Source of the DNA: a virus
Virus record (IMG/VR): IMGVR_UViG_3300010430_000014
Location: 25,162 to 89,161 of that record
DNA: 64,000 nt
Strand: one strand, 5' to 3'
Shown: one piece after another, positions 9,347 to 19,467 of the stretch
Layout of the letters: every line of letters starts with the position of its first letter
How positions within the stretch are numbered: position 1 is the stretch's first letter
Made by a program: the position numbers and the translations under genes
Notes under the pieces: model-generated
What the model was told of the DNA's origin: nothing
Database searches by the model: none
What the model saw: only the letters and a program-made list of their open reading frames with translations

Positions 9347-9631
9347 ATGAATAAATATATACAACAATATTGGACAATTGATTATGAAGATCCTGATCCA
9401 TATCGAATATTAAAATGTCCTAATCCTAAATGTGGACATGAACAAGCAGAAACAAAATGGGTAGGATGGCATTCAATGGAAATTGAAGCTAAATGTCCTA
9501 AATGTAAATGTGTTTATCTACATGATTGTGAAACAGGAGCAAGTGATTTAATTTTTGTTAAAAATATAATGACATTAAAACAAAAATTAAATGCAATTAA
9601 ATTTAAATACCAATTAGAAAAAGGAGATTGA
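9347..9631 (+). CDS. Zinc-ribbon protein
   Basis: CPNPKC...CPKC; ATG directly after the AAA stop codon. Confidence 0.6.
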   Translation: MNKYIQQYWTIDYEDPDPYRILKCPNPKCGHEQAETKWVGWHSMEIEAKCPKCKCVYLHDCETGASDLIFVKNIMTLKQKLNAIKFKYQLEKGD

Positions 9632-9632
9632 T

Positions 9633-10073
9633 ATGTCACATAATGAAATAATTGATTTAGAAATAGGTGATCTCAAAGTATTAGCTGCAACAGTTAAACG
9701 AATGAATGGCGAATTGATACTTAATAAAAAAACCTATCGTTGGTATGGACATAATGTTGGTGATTACCCTTTACCGGAAGGTGTTAAAGCAGAAGATCTT
9801 GGCAAATGTAAACATGCAATTGTATTTCCTGATATTGATTATCAAGTCGGAGTAATTGAATCTCGATCTAAAAAAGGAGCATATGAATTACTTTGGGATT
9901 TTTATGATCGTCAATTGAAAGAAAGAATGGGAGGAGAAAAAGGAATTGCACTTATTCAACATTATACAATGGTAAAAGCTAAAAATGCTGCTACTCAAAA
10001 AGGTAAAATATGTCGTGAATCAATGATTAAAACCAAAACAGGAATCAAACGCAAAATAGTAATCAACGTATAA
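9633..10073 (+). CDS. DUF1257/Ycf35-like protein
   Basis: MSH start, I.DL..L, YQVGV, YELLWDFYD, L.QHY pattern; context beside a Ycf46-like AAA. Confidence 0.65.
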   Translation: MSHNEIIDLEIGDLKVLAATVKRMNGELILNKKTYRWYGHNVGDYPLPEGVKAEDLGKCKHAIVFPDIDYQVGVIESRSKKGAYELLWDFYDRQLKERMGGEKGIALIQHYTMVKAKNAATQKGKICRESMIKTKTGIKRKIVINV

Positions 10074-10084
10074 AGGAGTCAATT

Positions 10085-10288
10085 ATGCAAAAACAAATAA
10101 TCATAGAAGTCGATGAAAATGGAAAGATCAATTTTGAAACTGACGGATTTGTTGGGCCAGAATGCGTTAATAATGATATAGTCAATCATATTAAAAATGC
10201 ATTAGGCAATGGACTTGGGCCAGATCTTAAACCTATATTTTATCAGAAAGGTCAAACAAAAACAGTTCATAAAAATCTCTGTGGTTAA
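10085..10288 (+). CDS. DUF2997-like small protein
   Basis: IIIEVDENGKINFETDGFVGPEC...LG...KP.FY pattern. Confidence 0.7.
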   Translation: MQKQIIIEVDENGKINFETDGFVGPECVNNDIVNHIKNALGNGLGPDLKPIFYQKGQTKTVHKNLCG

Positions 10289-10316
10289 ACATAAAACAGG
10301 GGAATCATACTTTCAA

Positions 10317-10859
10317 ATGGATCTTTATAAAGTTATATTTATTATACCCTCAACTGGCAATCGAATTATATTTGATCAAGTTCAAGCTGAAGTTGAAATA
10401 CAAGAAAAAAATTATGAACATAAAAATGCATTTGGTGCAATTGATGCTATAATACCATTATCGCATTATTTAGATATTGTTCTTACAATACATCATCATG
10501 ATATAGCTCAATTGAATGAAGTTAAAGGACAATTATATTCAGAAGAATTATATCTTCATTTTAAAGATGCTCATCCTTGTTTAATTCGTGGAACAGTAAG
10601 AGCAATGACATTTGATAATCATAATGCAACAGTTAGATTCAAGGGTAATACAATTGATAAAACTTACGATGATTATATTACAGAAGCAACTACTCAATTA
10701 AATGAAGCTTTTGAATATACTTTAGAATCAGAAAATCCAATTGACGATGGTAAAACAGATTTTGATGAATGGAAAGAAGGTACAATTGTGAGTAAAGGAA
10801 TAAATCAAGCAGATAAAGAAAAGAAAGGTAAAGTAATTAAACGCAAACTTACTTTTTAA
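10317..10859 (+). CDS. Hypothetical protein ending KRKLTF
   Basis: ATG 10317 follows GGGGAA and avoids overlap with the upstream gene. Confidence 0.6.
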   Translation: MDLYKVIFIIPSTGNRIIFDQVQAEVEIQEKNYEHKNAFGAIDAIIPLSHYLDIVLTIHHHDIAQLNEVKGQLYSEELYLHFKDAHPCLIRGTVRAMTFDNHNATVRFKGNTIDKTYDDYITEATTQLNEAFEYTLESENPIDDGKTDFDEWKEGTIVSKGINQADKEKKGKVIKRKLTF

Positions 10860-10876
10860 AAGAAAGGAATAATGCT

Positions 10877-11770
10877 ATGCCGAAAATATCAAAAAACAAA
10901 AGCAATGAAATTAATATTTTTGACCTTGGAACCTTATGCCAATTTGAAACTCATTCATGGCAAGCACGTAAAACCATACCTAAAGAGATTAAAGAACGAA
11001 TGACTGAAGAAACTGAATGGGTATCTGGTTTTAGACGATTAATTAAAAAGGAACGTCTACAACCAATCAATTCAGTCATTACTTCAGTTCGGAACTATAT
11101 TTGGGATATCTCTTTGGAATTTCCAATTAAATCCGTTCATTTCATTTCCAATCAAGTTACAGAAGAAGCAGACATTAAACTCAGGGCATATGTTAAAATG
11201 CTTAAAAAAGAAGTTAATCTATTTGCCAAAGACTATGACAAATGGATTAAGGAATCTGAAAAAGCCTTAAAGAAAGACGGATTATTCGATAAGGGATTAT
11301 ATCCAATGAATGTTAGGAATTTATATTCAATTGAATGGAGATGGTTTGACATGACTATCCCTGCCGGAATTACTGATGAGATGTATAAGGTTGAATCTGA
11401 TCGTATTCAAAATATGATGGATGAAACAAGGCATAACTGCATTATCGCAATGCGTGAAGGATTTGGTCAATTGGTAATGCATTTAACCGATACTCTGAAT
11501 GGTAAATTGGATGGTGAAAAGCGCAGGGTCAGACCTGAATCATTGGAAAAGATTGACAAGTTCTTTGAAACCTTCAAATACAAAAATATATTCAATGATA
11601 ATCAATTGCAAGGTATAGTTACTCAAGCTAAAGATCTGTTGTCTGATGTAACTCCTAAAGATATTCGCAATGATGAATCATTGACCAAATTGATTCATTC
11701 TGAATTAAGTGATATGCAAAATGAACTTTCTAAAGCAACTGAAACATATAAACGTAAGTTAACCTTTTAG
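10877..11770 (+). CDS. DUF3150-like helical protein ending KRKLTF
   Basis: HSWQARK, RRLI...LQPI, YP...R..YSIEW pattern; AAAGGA RBS. Confidence 0.55.
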   Translation: MPKISKNKSNEINIFDLGTLCQFETHSWQARKTIPKEIKERMTEETEWVSGFRRLIKKERLQPINSVITSVRNYIWDISLEFPIKSVHFISNQVTEEADIKLRAYVKMLKKEVNLFAKDYDKWIKESEKALKKDGLFDKGLYPMNVRNLYSIEWRWFDMTIPAGITDEMYKVESDRIQNMMDETRHNCIIAMREGFGQLVMHLTDTLNGKLDGEKRRVRPESLEKIDKFFETFKYKNIFNDNQLQGIVTQAKDLLSDVTPKDIRNDESLTKLIHSELSDMQNELSKATETYKRKLTF

Positions 11771-11780
11771 GAGTTACCTA

Positions 11781-12224
11781 ATGGCATATGATCCAGAATT
11801 TTCAGTTGATCGATATAACCTTGAAATTGAAGCAGAACGTCAATCAGCATTGATGCGTAAATGGACTAAACGACAAGGAAGACATAAATCATTACTCAAA
11901 TCAGCACAAAAAAATCTGGATATTCTGGAAGGTGAATTAGCTGAAGAATATAGACGTAACAAAAAAACATATGGTATTCAAAAGGATACTGATCAAGTAA
12001 TCTTTCGATTAATTAAAGGTGATCCTAAATATGAAACTCAATACAAAGAAGTAATAAAATATCAACGATTGTATGATGATGCTAAATCAGCAGTAGATTC
12101 AATTGTTGAGAAAGGATGGATGATTAAAGAATTGGTTAAACTATGGTTAAATAATTATTATTCAAATCCAATTGTTAAAGAAAATGAAATTAAACCCAAA
12201 CGAATTATTTTAAAGGAGGATTAA
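11781..12224 (+). CDS. UvsY-like recombination mediator
   Basis: FSVDRYNLEIEAERQS start, long helices, DPKY; adjacent to SSB and RecA-like genes. Confidence 0.6.
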   Translation: MAYDPEFSVDRYNLEIEAERQSALMRKWTKRQGRHKSLLKSAQKNLDILEGELAEEYRRNKKTYGIQKDTDQVIFRLIKGDPKYETQYKEVIKYQRLYDDAKSAVDSIVEKGWMIKELVKLWLNNYYSNPIVKENEIKPKRIILKED

Positions 12225-12226
12225 TT

Positions 12227-13423
12227 ATGTCATTACAAGATCGATTGAACAAAAACAAAGCAAAATTGGGATTAGGTACAAAATCTTCTGAAAGTGCAAT
12301 TGTTGATAAGTTTAAAAAGCGCAGTACAACTACATTGGAAAAAACATATGATGATAGAGATAAACAGACTAAATCAGGTGGAATGGGTAAAACTATTTTT
12401 GATCCTGAAATGCTTATAGAATATGGATTAGAAGAATGGCAACCTCATCAAACAGTAGGTGATCACTTTTTTGATATCATGCCTGTTTCATTCGATCCAT
12501 TGATTCCTTATTGCTTTGAAACATTAGTTCATTTTGCAGTAGGTTTCGCAAAAGATCAATACATTTGTCCTCATCATTCTCATAGAAAAACTTGCTATCG
12601 ATGTGAAGCTCAATCAAAACTCTATCGTAAAAAGGAAGAAATGCTTAAAATATGGTCAGAAGAACGATTCAAAGATGCAGCAAAACGATTGTATCCAAGA
12701 GATAGAGTTATTTTCTTAATCTGGAAACGTACTGAAGAATTACTGCAAGATGAACCATCTGATCTTACATTACGATTGTGGAATGCACCAAAAGAAGCAG
12801 TTCATAAAGAAATCCAAGCAAAAGTTAGAGATAAGATCAATCGAACAACATTGGATATTTCTGATATCTCTCCTAATGGTGAAGGTCGAACTGTTGGAAT
12901 GGAAATTGCAAAAAATAAAACATCAGCAGGTACATTTCCTGGGTATAGTGCATTTGAATTACATCCAAGAGAAAAACCAATTCCAAAGGAAATATTAGAA
13001 CAATTGAATAAAATCATAATTGATGCAGATGAAAATGGTTTTAATAACGCAATTGAAATGTTCATTCACTTCCCTACCTATGAAGAAATCAAAGAATCAA
13101 TGTTGACTGAAGAAGATGATGATGAAAAAACTCCTACTGCTTCTGACAAAAAATCATCATTAAAACAACAATTACAATCAAAAGACATAGAAGATGATAA
13201 TAACAAAACAGTTACCGTTGAAGAAGTTTTAAAAGAAATTGAATTAATATGTGCTGAATTACAAGAAATGCTTAATAAAAAATCTTCAATTGCATTTAAA
13301 GCATGGTGCAAAAATAATAATTACGAAGAAGCATTAGAATTTTCTGAACAGACAGCAGCAGTTGAAGCTATTATTGAAGATTTTTATGAAAAACAAATAG
13401 CTGAAGCAGATGTTGATATTTAA
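12227..13423 (+). CDS. Single-stranded DNA-binding protein (gp32-like)
   Basis: VHF..G....CP......CYRC zinc site, DISDISPNGEGRTV, acidic C-terminal region; position between UvsY-like and RecA-like genes. Confidence 0.7.
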   Translation: MSLQDRLNKNKAKLGLGTKSSESAIVDKFKKRSTTTLEKTYDDRDKQTKSGGMGKTIFDPEMLIEYGLEEWQPHQTVGDHFFDIMPVSFDPLIPYCFETLVHFAVGFAKDQYICPHHSHRKTCYRCEAQSKLYRKKEEMLKIWSEERFKDAAKRLYPRDRVIFLIWKRTEELLQDEPSDLTLRLWNAPKEAVHKEIQAKVRDKINRTTLDISDISPNGEGRTVGMEIAKNKTSAGTFPGYSAFELHPREKPIPKEILEQLNKIIIDADENGFNNAIEMFIHFPTYEEIKESMLTEEDDDEKTPTASDKKSSLKQQLQSKDIEDDNNKTVTVEEVLKEIELICAELQEMLNKKSSIAFKAWCKNNNYEEALEFSEQTAAVEAIIEDFYEKQIAEADVDI

Positions 13424-13454
13424 CTTTTAATTAATTATATAATAAGGAGCAATC

Positions 13455-14582
13455 ATGGCAAGAATTAAATTGGAATCCAAAATACCCAATTTACGTGAGC
13501 GATTAAAAACTTGCGAAATATTGCCAGAAGTAGAGATAGGTTTAAAAAAACCTCTCTATTTTGTGGATTCGGGTTCTTGGATGTTAAATTTAGCATTAAC
13601 AAATCAAGTGGATCAAGGTTATCCAGTCGGTAGAGTAATTAATCCAATTGGAGATTATTCTACCGGAAAAACCTTATTAGCATGTGAAGAAGTCAATTCA
13701 ATATGGTATTTGGAGCATATACTTAAAAATAAAAAAGTTAAAATCTATTATGATGAACCAGAACATGCTTTTGATTATCGATTAGCTGCAAAGTTTAATG
13801 TACCATTAAATGAAGTATATGGATTACGTGAAGATCTAAAAGGATACAAACATAAAAAAGGTGAAAAACCTTTTACACGATCACGTACAGTTGAAGATCT
13901 TTATAATAATCTTGATCGCATTACTAAAACTGAAAGTGATTATGACATTGTTCTTTATGTATTAGATTCACTTGATTCATTAAGAGATGCAAGAGAAATT
14001 AAACATCTTAAAACAAAAGGTATTGCTAAACAAGACATGGGAGGATCTAAAGCAAGGGTATTATCTCAATTGTTTCGTAATATGATTGAAGGTGTACATA
14101 ATTCAAATATTCTATTGTTTATCTTATCTCAAATCCGAATGAATGTCGGTGTAGTATTTGGAGATCCAAATGGAAGGGCAGGTGGCAAAGCTCTGGATCA
14201 TTATGCTTCACAAATGTTTATGCTCAAAGAAATTGGAAAAATTCAAACTGAGAAAAAAATCAATCAAGGAATTGAAGTTAGAGTTAAAATTAAAAAGAAC
14301 AAAACAGGTAGTCGTTACAATGATGTTGTTTTTAATATTTTACATGGATATGGAATTGATAACTATGGATCTGCTGTAAATTTTCTTTGGGATGAAAAAC
14401 AATTTGAACGATCCGGTAATTATCTTATTTTTAATGGAGAAAAAATGTATCGAGCAGATCTAATTGAATTAGCAGCTAACAATATAAATGTTGCAGATCT
14501 TTTAAAAGAAAAATTACAATTCTATTGGAATGAAATCGTTCTTGAAGCTGAGATTGATCGAAAACCTAAATGGGGAGGTTAA
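13455..14582 (+). CDS. RecA/UvsX-like recombinase
   Basis: DSGSWMLNLAL, GYPVGR, Walker A GDYSTGKT, VLDSLD, SQIRMNVG, GGKALDHYAS, KKNK. Confidence 0.92.
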   Translation: MARIKLESKIPNLRERLKTCEILPEVEIGLKKPLYFVDSGSWMLNLALTNQVDQGYPVGRVINPIGDYSTGKTLLACEEVNSIWYLEHILKNKKVKIYYDEPEHAFDYRLAAKFNVPLNEVYGLREDLKGYKHKKGEKPFTRSRTVEDLYNNLDRITKTESDYDIVLYVLDSLDSLRDAREIKHLKTKGIAKQDMGGSKARVLSQLFRNMIEGVHNSNILLFILSQIRMNVGVVFGDPNGRAGGKALDHYASQMFMLKEIGKIQTEKKINQGIEVRVKIKKNKTGSRYNDVVFNILHGYGIDNYGSAVNFLWDEKQFERSGNYLIFNGEKMYRADLIELAANNINVADLLKEKLQFYWNEIVLEAEIDRKPKWGG

Positions 14583-14583
14583 C

Positions 14584-14997
14584 TTGGATGATTTAAAAAA
14601 GTTTTTTGATTTTTTTTTGAGTGCAGATTCCAAAGAAAGAGAAGCAGTTTTTGGAAAAATACCCAATTTTCGTGGACTATTAAAAATCAATCAAGAGTTT
14701 AATTTTATTAAGCTAACGGATTTAATTCAATTATATGTCTATCTTTTTTATCCAAAGGATATTATTGTAGTTATTTTAGATCCTCAATTAGCAATAGAAT
14801 ATGTACCAAAAATTAAAATGTTAAAGAGGGATAATTTTGATGCATATTTAAAAGCCAAATATTGTAATTTTATTGTAATTGATTTTGAATCAATTGTAGC
14901 AGCAGAAGATTGGGTATTTTCTTTTCCTACTAATGAAATCAAATATGAAATTTATTCAAAAACAAAATTAGTTCGGAGTCAAGAAGGAAAAATATAA
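14584..14997 (+). CDS. Hypothetical protein
   Basis: GGAGG RBS before TTG 14584; fills the gap between RecA-like and resolvase genes. Confidence 0.55.
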   Translation: MDDLKKFFDFFLSADSKEREAVFGKIPNFRGLLKINQEFNFIKLTDLIQLYVYLFYPKDIIVVILDPQLAIEYVPKIKMLKRDNFDAYLKAKYCNFIVIDFESIVAAEDWVFSFPTNEIKYEIYSKTKLVRSQEGKI

Positions 14998-14998
14998 T

Positions 14999-15634
14999 AT
15001 GGCAAAAGGTGGAACATATGAAGGGGAAATATCAAAAGAACTATCTCTTTATTTAACCCATATGAAAACTGAAGATGGGATCTGGAGAACTGAACAATCA
15101 GGTGGTAGAGCAACAACTAAAGCAAAAGCTAATATGCAAGTGCGCCAAGATCAATATGGAGATATAACCTATACTATTCCAGAAACAAAATTCTGGTTCG
15201 ATATATTTTCAATTGAATGCAAAACGGGATATGCAAAGAAAACCAAATCAAAGAAAAAGAAAAGTACAACAGTAACAATGTGGTCACTTCTGGATTTAAT
15301 TGATTCACAACAAATAATGACTCAGTTTCATGAATTTTGGAATCAATGTCTTAATGATGCAATTGAATCAAAACGTGAACCAATGCTTATATTCCGTAGA
15401 AACAGACGATCTTCCTGTATTGCTATGCATATTGATATTTTTATAGGATTTATAAAACGTTTTGGAGATCCTACTTTTAATTTTATAACTGTTAATGGTG
15501 AGTTTTGTTATCTTCCAGTTACTATAATGAATTTACGACAATTTTTTGATTGGACTGAAGCTATTAATCCTATTGTAGTACAGAACTATATTGTACGACA
15601 ATTGATGCGGAGGAAAAAAAATGAAACGAAATAA
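14999..15634 (+). CDS. Holliday junction resolvase (PD-(D/E)XK type)
   Basis: KGGTYE.EI, SGG, GDI, SIECK, FWNQC..DA...REPMLIFRRNR. Confidence 0.8.
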   Translation: MAKGGTYEGEISKELSLYLTHMKTEDGIWRTEQSGGRATTKAKANMQVRQDQYGDITYTIPETKFWFDIFSIECKTGYAKKTKSKKKKSTTVTMWSLLDLIDSQQIMTQFHEFWNQCLNDAIESKREPMLIFRRNRRSSCIAMHIDIFIGFIKRFGDPTFNFITVNGEFCYLPVTIMNLRQFFDWTEAINPIVVQNYIVRQLMRRKKNETK

Positions 15635-16190
15635 CATAAACTGGATATTTAACAATCATTCAACAGAAAGGTTTTTTGAACGTACCTCTTTAAATTCAAC
15701 TAAAAAACAAATTGCTAAAGCAATAATTAATAAACAAATAACACCCTTCAAAAGAATAAATGTTACTCGATCTATGACTTACATTCATGTGAATAAAGAA
15801 ATCATTAAAACTGTTATGCATCGAAAGAAAAATAAAATCATTACAATCCTACCCTGGAAGTCCATCTATCAATACATTATCAAATTAGAAATTACTCAAT
15901 ATCAAAGTGGAGTATATACTATTCATCTATTCCCTGATTGTTACCTTGAAACTAATAAACCAAATGCTTTGACCAAAATATATAGAGAAAATATTGAAAA
16001 TATTGAATACAATCATCCATTATTCAATACAATATTTAATATAGCATGGTATTATTTTCAATTAGATGAAGAACATAAAACTATACAAAAGAAAAGGATA
16101 ACAGGGAATGAAACGTTTGAAATTAAAAGAAAAGCCAAAACGATTGAGCCTATCATCCGATACGGAATCGACCATTGCGAATTACATTGA
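15621..16190 (+). CDS. Hypothetical protein (N-terminal H..ERF.ER domain, possibly RelE/DUF4258-like fold)
   Basis: NHSTERFFER...KIITILP pattern; fold call is tentative. Confidence 0.5.
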   Translation: MKRNNINWIFNNHSTERFFERTSLNSTKKQIAKAIINKQITPFKRINVTRSMTYIHVNKEIIKTVMHRKKNKIITILPWKSIYQYIIKLEITQYQSGVYTIHLFPDCYLETNKPNALTKIYRENIENIEYNHPLFNTIFNIAWYYFQLDEEHKTIQKKRITGNETFEIKRKAKTIEPIIRYGIDHCELH

Positions 16191-16449
16191 TAATATAGAA
16201 TATTTGTTAGACGAATATCATTTACACACAAAAATAAATGAAGATCTTCCCTATTATAAATGGATTAAATACACTGACCATTTACCATTAAATGAACATA
16301 GACCTATCTTAATTTACGATTCACATTATGATAACATATCTGAAGGTATCTCTTTTGTTGCTCTACAACATGGTTTATACAGTAAGTACATGAAATATGA
16401 TAAGTATTTACCTTCCCACTGGATGCGAATAAAAAAACCGGAGGATTAA
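16108..16449 (+). CDS. DUF551-like protein
   Basis: WIKYTDHLP...ILIYD...SHWMRIKKP resembles DUF551. Confidence 0.6.
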   Translation: MKRLKLKEKPKRLSLSSDTESTIANYIDNIEYLLDEYHLHTKINEDLPYYKWIKYTDHLPLNEHRPILIYDSHYDNISEGISFVALQHGLYSKYMKYDKYLPSHWMRIKKPED

Positions 16450-16450
16450 T

Positions 16451-16660
16451 ATGCCTACAGAAAAAATATTAGAAGATAAAATAGTAATAACAGGAAAACG
16501 ATTAGAAGACATGCCAAATGATTTAAGAATAATTGCTGCATTGGTTAAACGTTTAGGCGGTGAAGTTATATTAGCAGATAAAGAAGTAGCAATCACTAAT
16601 TTTAAAGGAGTCATGCTTCAACTATCAAAACATGGTAGTGTAATTATAAAGGTTAAATAA
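16451..16660 (+). CDS. Hypothetical protein
   Basis: GGAGG RBS; TAATG coupling to the next gene. Confidence 0.65.
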   Translation: MPTEKILEDKIVITGKRLEDMPNDLRIIAALVKRLGGEVILADKEVAITNFKGVMLQLSKHGSVIIKVK

Positions 16661-17730
16661 TGTATTTCACAGAACTCATAGTTAAAGCATTCGGATTGCA
16701 TGAAAGTGTAAAGGTTAAATTTACACAAGGATTGAATGTGCTTGTTGGTGAATCGGAAACTGGCAAAACTACTTTAATCAGAGCATTATACCTTTTAATT
16801 GAAAATCAACCAAGAGCAGGAGAAAAACTATATCACAATTGGGATATTGACGATCCAGTAGATATTCAATTAACCACTAATAAAGGTGATACAGTTAGAC
16901 GTAAAGATAATAAATATTATCTCAATGATGGTCGGCCTTTAAAAGCCTTTGGTTCATCTGTTCCAGAACCAATACGTCAATTGTTTAATTTTAAAGAAAT
17001 CAATTGGCAAAGACAAATGGATATACATTATCTTTTATTTTCTACCGGAGGTAAAGCAGCAAGGCTTTTAAATAAAGCAACTGGATTATCTGATCAAGAG
17101 ATAATCATTGCAGATATAAAAGAAAATTTATCTAAATCAAAATCTGAAATCAAACGATTGAAAAAAAATAATCATGAACATCAACAAACTATTGAAAGGT
17201 TAAAAAATGTAACTCGATATAAAATTAAAATTGAAGCAGTTTTGTATATAAAAGAAGAAGCAAAAGATTTACAATTAAAAGCAAATAAATTAGAAAATAT
17301 ATTAGTTCAACTTCAATTAATAGAGGAAATCAAAATGGATTATAATAAATTAAAACCTTATAGAATTAATTTGAATAAAATATTTAAAAAATTTGAAGAA
17401 GTTCAAGATTTTAAAGAATACGTTGAAGAACTTAGAACCATATTAACAAAAATAGAAGAAACTCATACTGTCGATCCTGATCTTGTACTGAATTATTTAG
17501 AAACATTACAAACCCTCCACAGCAGATTTTCAGAAAATTCTACAATGTTAAACAAAACCATTTTGTTAGAACGATTATTAGCAGATATTGAAACAACAAA
17601 GAAAATAAAAAATCAATTAACAACTGAAATTAAACAAGACAAAAAAGAAATAGACAATAAATTTATAGAATTAGGTTACTGTCCATTCTGTAATAGAAAG
17701 GTAAAAGATGGAGATACTTGTAGTTGCTGA
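16660..17730 (+). CDS. SbcC/Rad50-like ATPase, N-terminal half
   Basis: Walker A GESETGKT, Q-loop WQRQMD, coiled coil, ends at zinc hook CPFC. Confidence 0.85.
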   Translation: MYFTELIVKAFGLHESVKVKFTQGLNVLVGESETGKTTLIRALYLLIENQPRAGEKLYHNWDIDDPVDIQLTTNKGDTVRRKDNKYYLNDGRPLKAFGSSVPEPIRQLFNFKEINWQRQMDIHYLLFSTGGKAARLLNKATGLSDQEIIIADIKENLSKSKSEIKRLKKNNHEHQQTIERLKNVTRYKIKIEAVLYIKEEAKDLQLKANKLENILVQLQLIEEIKMDYNKLKPYRINLNKIFKKFEEVQDFKEYVEELRTILTKIEETHTVDPDLVLNYLETLQTLHSRFSENSTMLNKTILLERLLADIETTKKIKNQLTTEIKQDKKEIDNKFIELGYCPFCNRKVKDGDTCSC

Positions 17731-18646
17731 TAGTCATTTAACCGGACGCAATCCTATTGCACGTTTAGATGATCTTGTTGAACTCCAATTTGAAAAATGG
17801 AAAGAAATTGTACATCATGCAAATTATTATGATGTACCAATCATTCATGCCGGAGATATATTTAACGTTGCAGTAGTAGCAAACTCATTACTTACTCGAT
17901 TGGGAGAAATATTAAATAAATTAAAACAACCATTATATTTTGTTTGGGGCAATCATGATCTTCAATATCATTCACCTGAAATGTGGGATCGTACATCTCT
18001 TGGAGTACTTTGGAAAAACAATAATAAAGTAAAACATATCTCTGAATTTTTCATGAATTATAAAGCTAAAATTAATTGGGCATGGTGGGATTGGGGATCA
18101 GATGATATACAATGGTTAGGTAATCCTCCAAAATTATTGCTCAGTCATAAAGCAATTGTTAATGATAAATTAACTGGAACAAACTCATGGATTCAAAATG
18201 ATCGAGAATTCTGTCATCCAATAAAGGAAGTACATCCAAAATTTAAACTTGTTATCTGTGGTCATTGGCATAGAACTTATAACTATAACTATCAAGGTAC
18301 AAGGGTTATAAATCCTGGGCCAATGATCAGACGCACAGTTGATGAATGGTTAAAACCTTCAGTTATATTATTAAATATTGATACATTAATACATAAGAAA
18401 ATCTATTTAGACACCCCTGATCCAGAACTCATATTATCCAGAACACATATTGAACAGAAAATTGAAACCAGAACAGATAATATTGTCAAATTTGTTGATG
18501 CATTAAAAATTAAAAAGGAATCTAAAAAAGCATCGTTTATGAAAAATCTATTTCATAACTTAGATCAACATGAAATTCCACCAAGAGTTGAAAAGGTAAT
18601 TAGAGAAACAGTAATGAGATTAATAGAAAAAGGACAATTAAAATGA
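17708..18646 (+). CDS. SbcD/Mre11-like metallophosphoesterase nuclease
   Basis: DSH, GDIF, GNHD, SH, GHWH, NPGPM motifs. Confidence 0.9.
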   Translation: MEILVVADSHLTGRNPIARLDDLVELQFEKWKEIVHHANYYDVPIIHAGDIFNVAVVANSLLTRLGEILNKLKQPLYFVWGNHDLQYHSPEMWDRTSLGVLWKNNNKVKHISEFFMNYKAKINWAWWDWGSDDIQWLGNPPKLLLSHKAIVNDKLTGTNSWIQNDREFCHPIKEVHPKFKLVICGHWHRTYNYNYQGTRVINPGPMIRRTVDEWLKPSVILLNIDTLIHKKIYLDTPDPELILSRTHIEQKIETRTDNIVKFVDALKIKKESKKASFMKNLFHNLDQHEIPPRVEKVIRETVMRLIEKGQLK

Positions 18647-19158
18647 CAAAAAGAAAATTATTTTTTAAAAACACAACTCCCTCTACTTCTTGTGATCATG
18701 TTCAACACCATTGGTTATCTGATTTATCGTGGAAAATGCAAACAGTAATAAACCAGGGGTTTCGTGCGCCTGATACACATTTTTGTAAAAAAGTTAAAAT
18801 AATATGTAGATGGATAAGATCAGTTGTGTTACAAAATGCAGACAAAGAACATACTTTCATGTGTACAAAAAAAGAAATGCCTGAAGTAGAAGAATTAGAA
18901 CATGAATTAAACTATTGCTCTGTTCATTTTGCCTCTCATTTTTTATATGCTTTAGAAATAATCGGTTATATGCATCCTGATTCAGAAATAAGAGCTTTGG
19001 GTATTAAATATTATGAAGGAATCACAAAAGATCTTTGGCATTTTAATTGTGAAACTAAAAAACAATTAAAAATACGTTTAGCAGATGTAGATCATACACC
19101 TGTTGTAAAAGAGTGTCCAAAAGAAGAATATAATGATAGATATATAAACTATGGATAA
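18643..19158 (+). CDS. Conserved-looking phage helical protein, His-rich
   Basis: HFASHFLYALEIIGYMHPD...WHFNCET motif; ATGA overlap with the upstream gene. Confidence 0.65.
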   Translation: MTKRKLFFKNTTPSTSCDHVQHHWLSDLSWKMQTVINQGFRAPDTHFCKKVKIICRWIRSVVLQNADKEHTFMCTKKEMPEVEELEHELNYCSVHFASHFLYALEIIGYMHPDSEIRALGIKYYEGITKDLWHFNCETKKQLKIRLADVDHTPVVKECPKEEYNDRYINYG

Positions 19159-19215
19159 AAATAACTTGAATAAATTCAAAATTTAATTTTTAAAAATTTT
19201 TTATGGGGCAAATTA

Positions 19216-19467
19216 ATGAATACAATAGAAGATAAACTTATAAGAATGAAAAAACTTTTGGATGAAAAAAAAGATAAAAATTCAAAAGCAATTGCTCAAG
19301 AAGAATTACTTTTAAAACAATTAAAAGAGGAATTCGGAATAGATAATTTAGATGAAGGATATGAGTTATATGAGCAATTGATTGATGAAAAAAATGATAA
19401 AGAAAAAAGAGTTGCAAACGAAACAAATTCATTATATGATTCTATAACCAATGAGGGTTTAATATAA
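19216..19467 (+). CDS. Small coiled-coil protein associated with split SbcC
   Basis: 83 aa heptad-rich, LKEEFGIDNLDE; in frame with the next gene. Confidence 0.7.
   Translation: MNTIEDKLIRMKKLLDEKKDKNSKAIAQEELLLKQLKEEFGIDNLDEGYELYEQLIDEKNDKEKRVANETNSLYDSITNEGLI

Noticed and set aside
15621-16190. Toxin-antitoxin pair
   Set aside because: Only a weak RelE-like hint and no adjacent antitoxin candidate.
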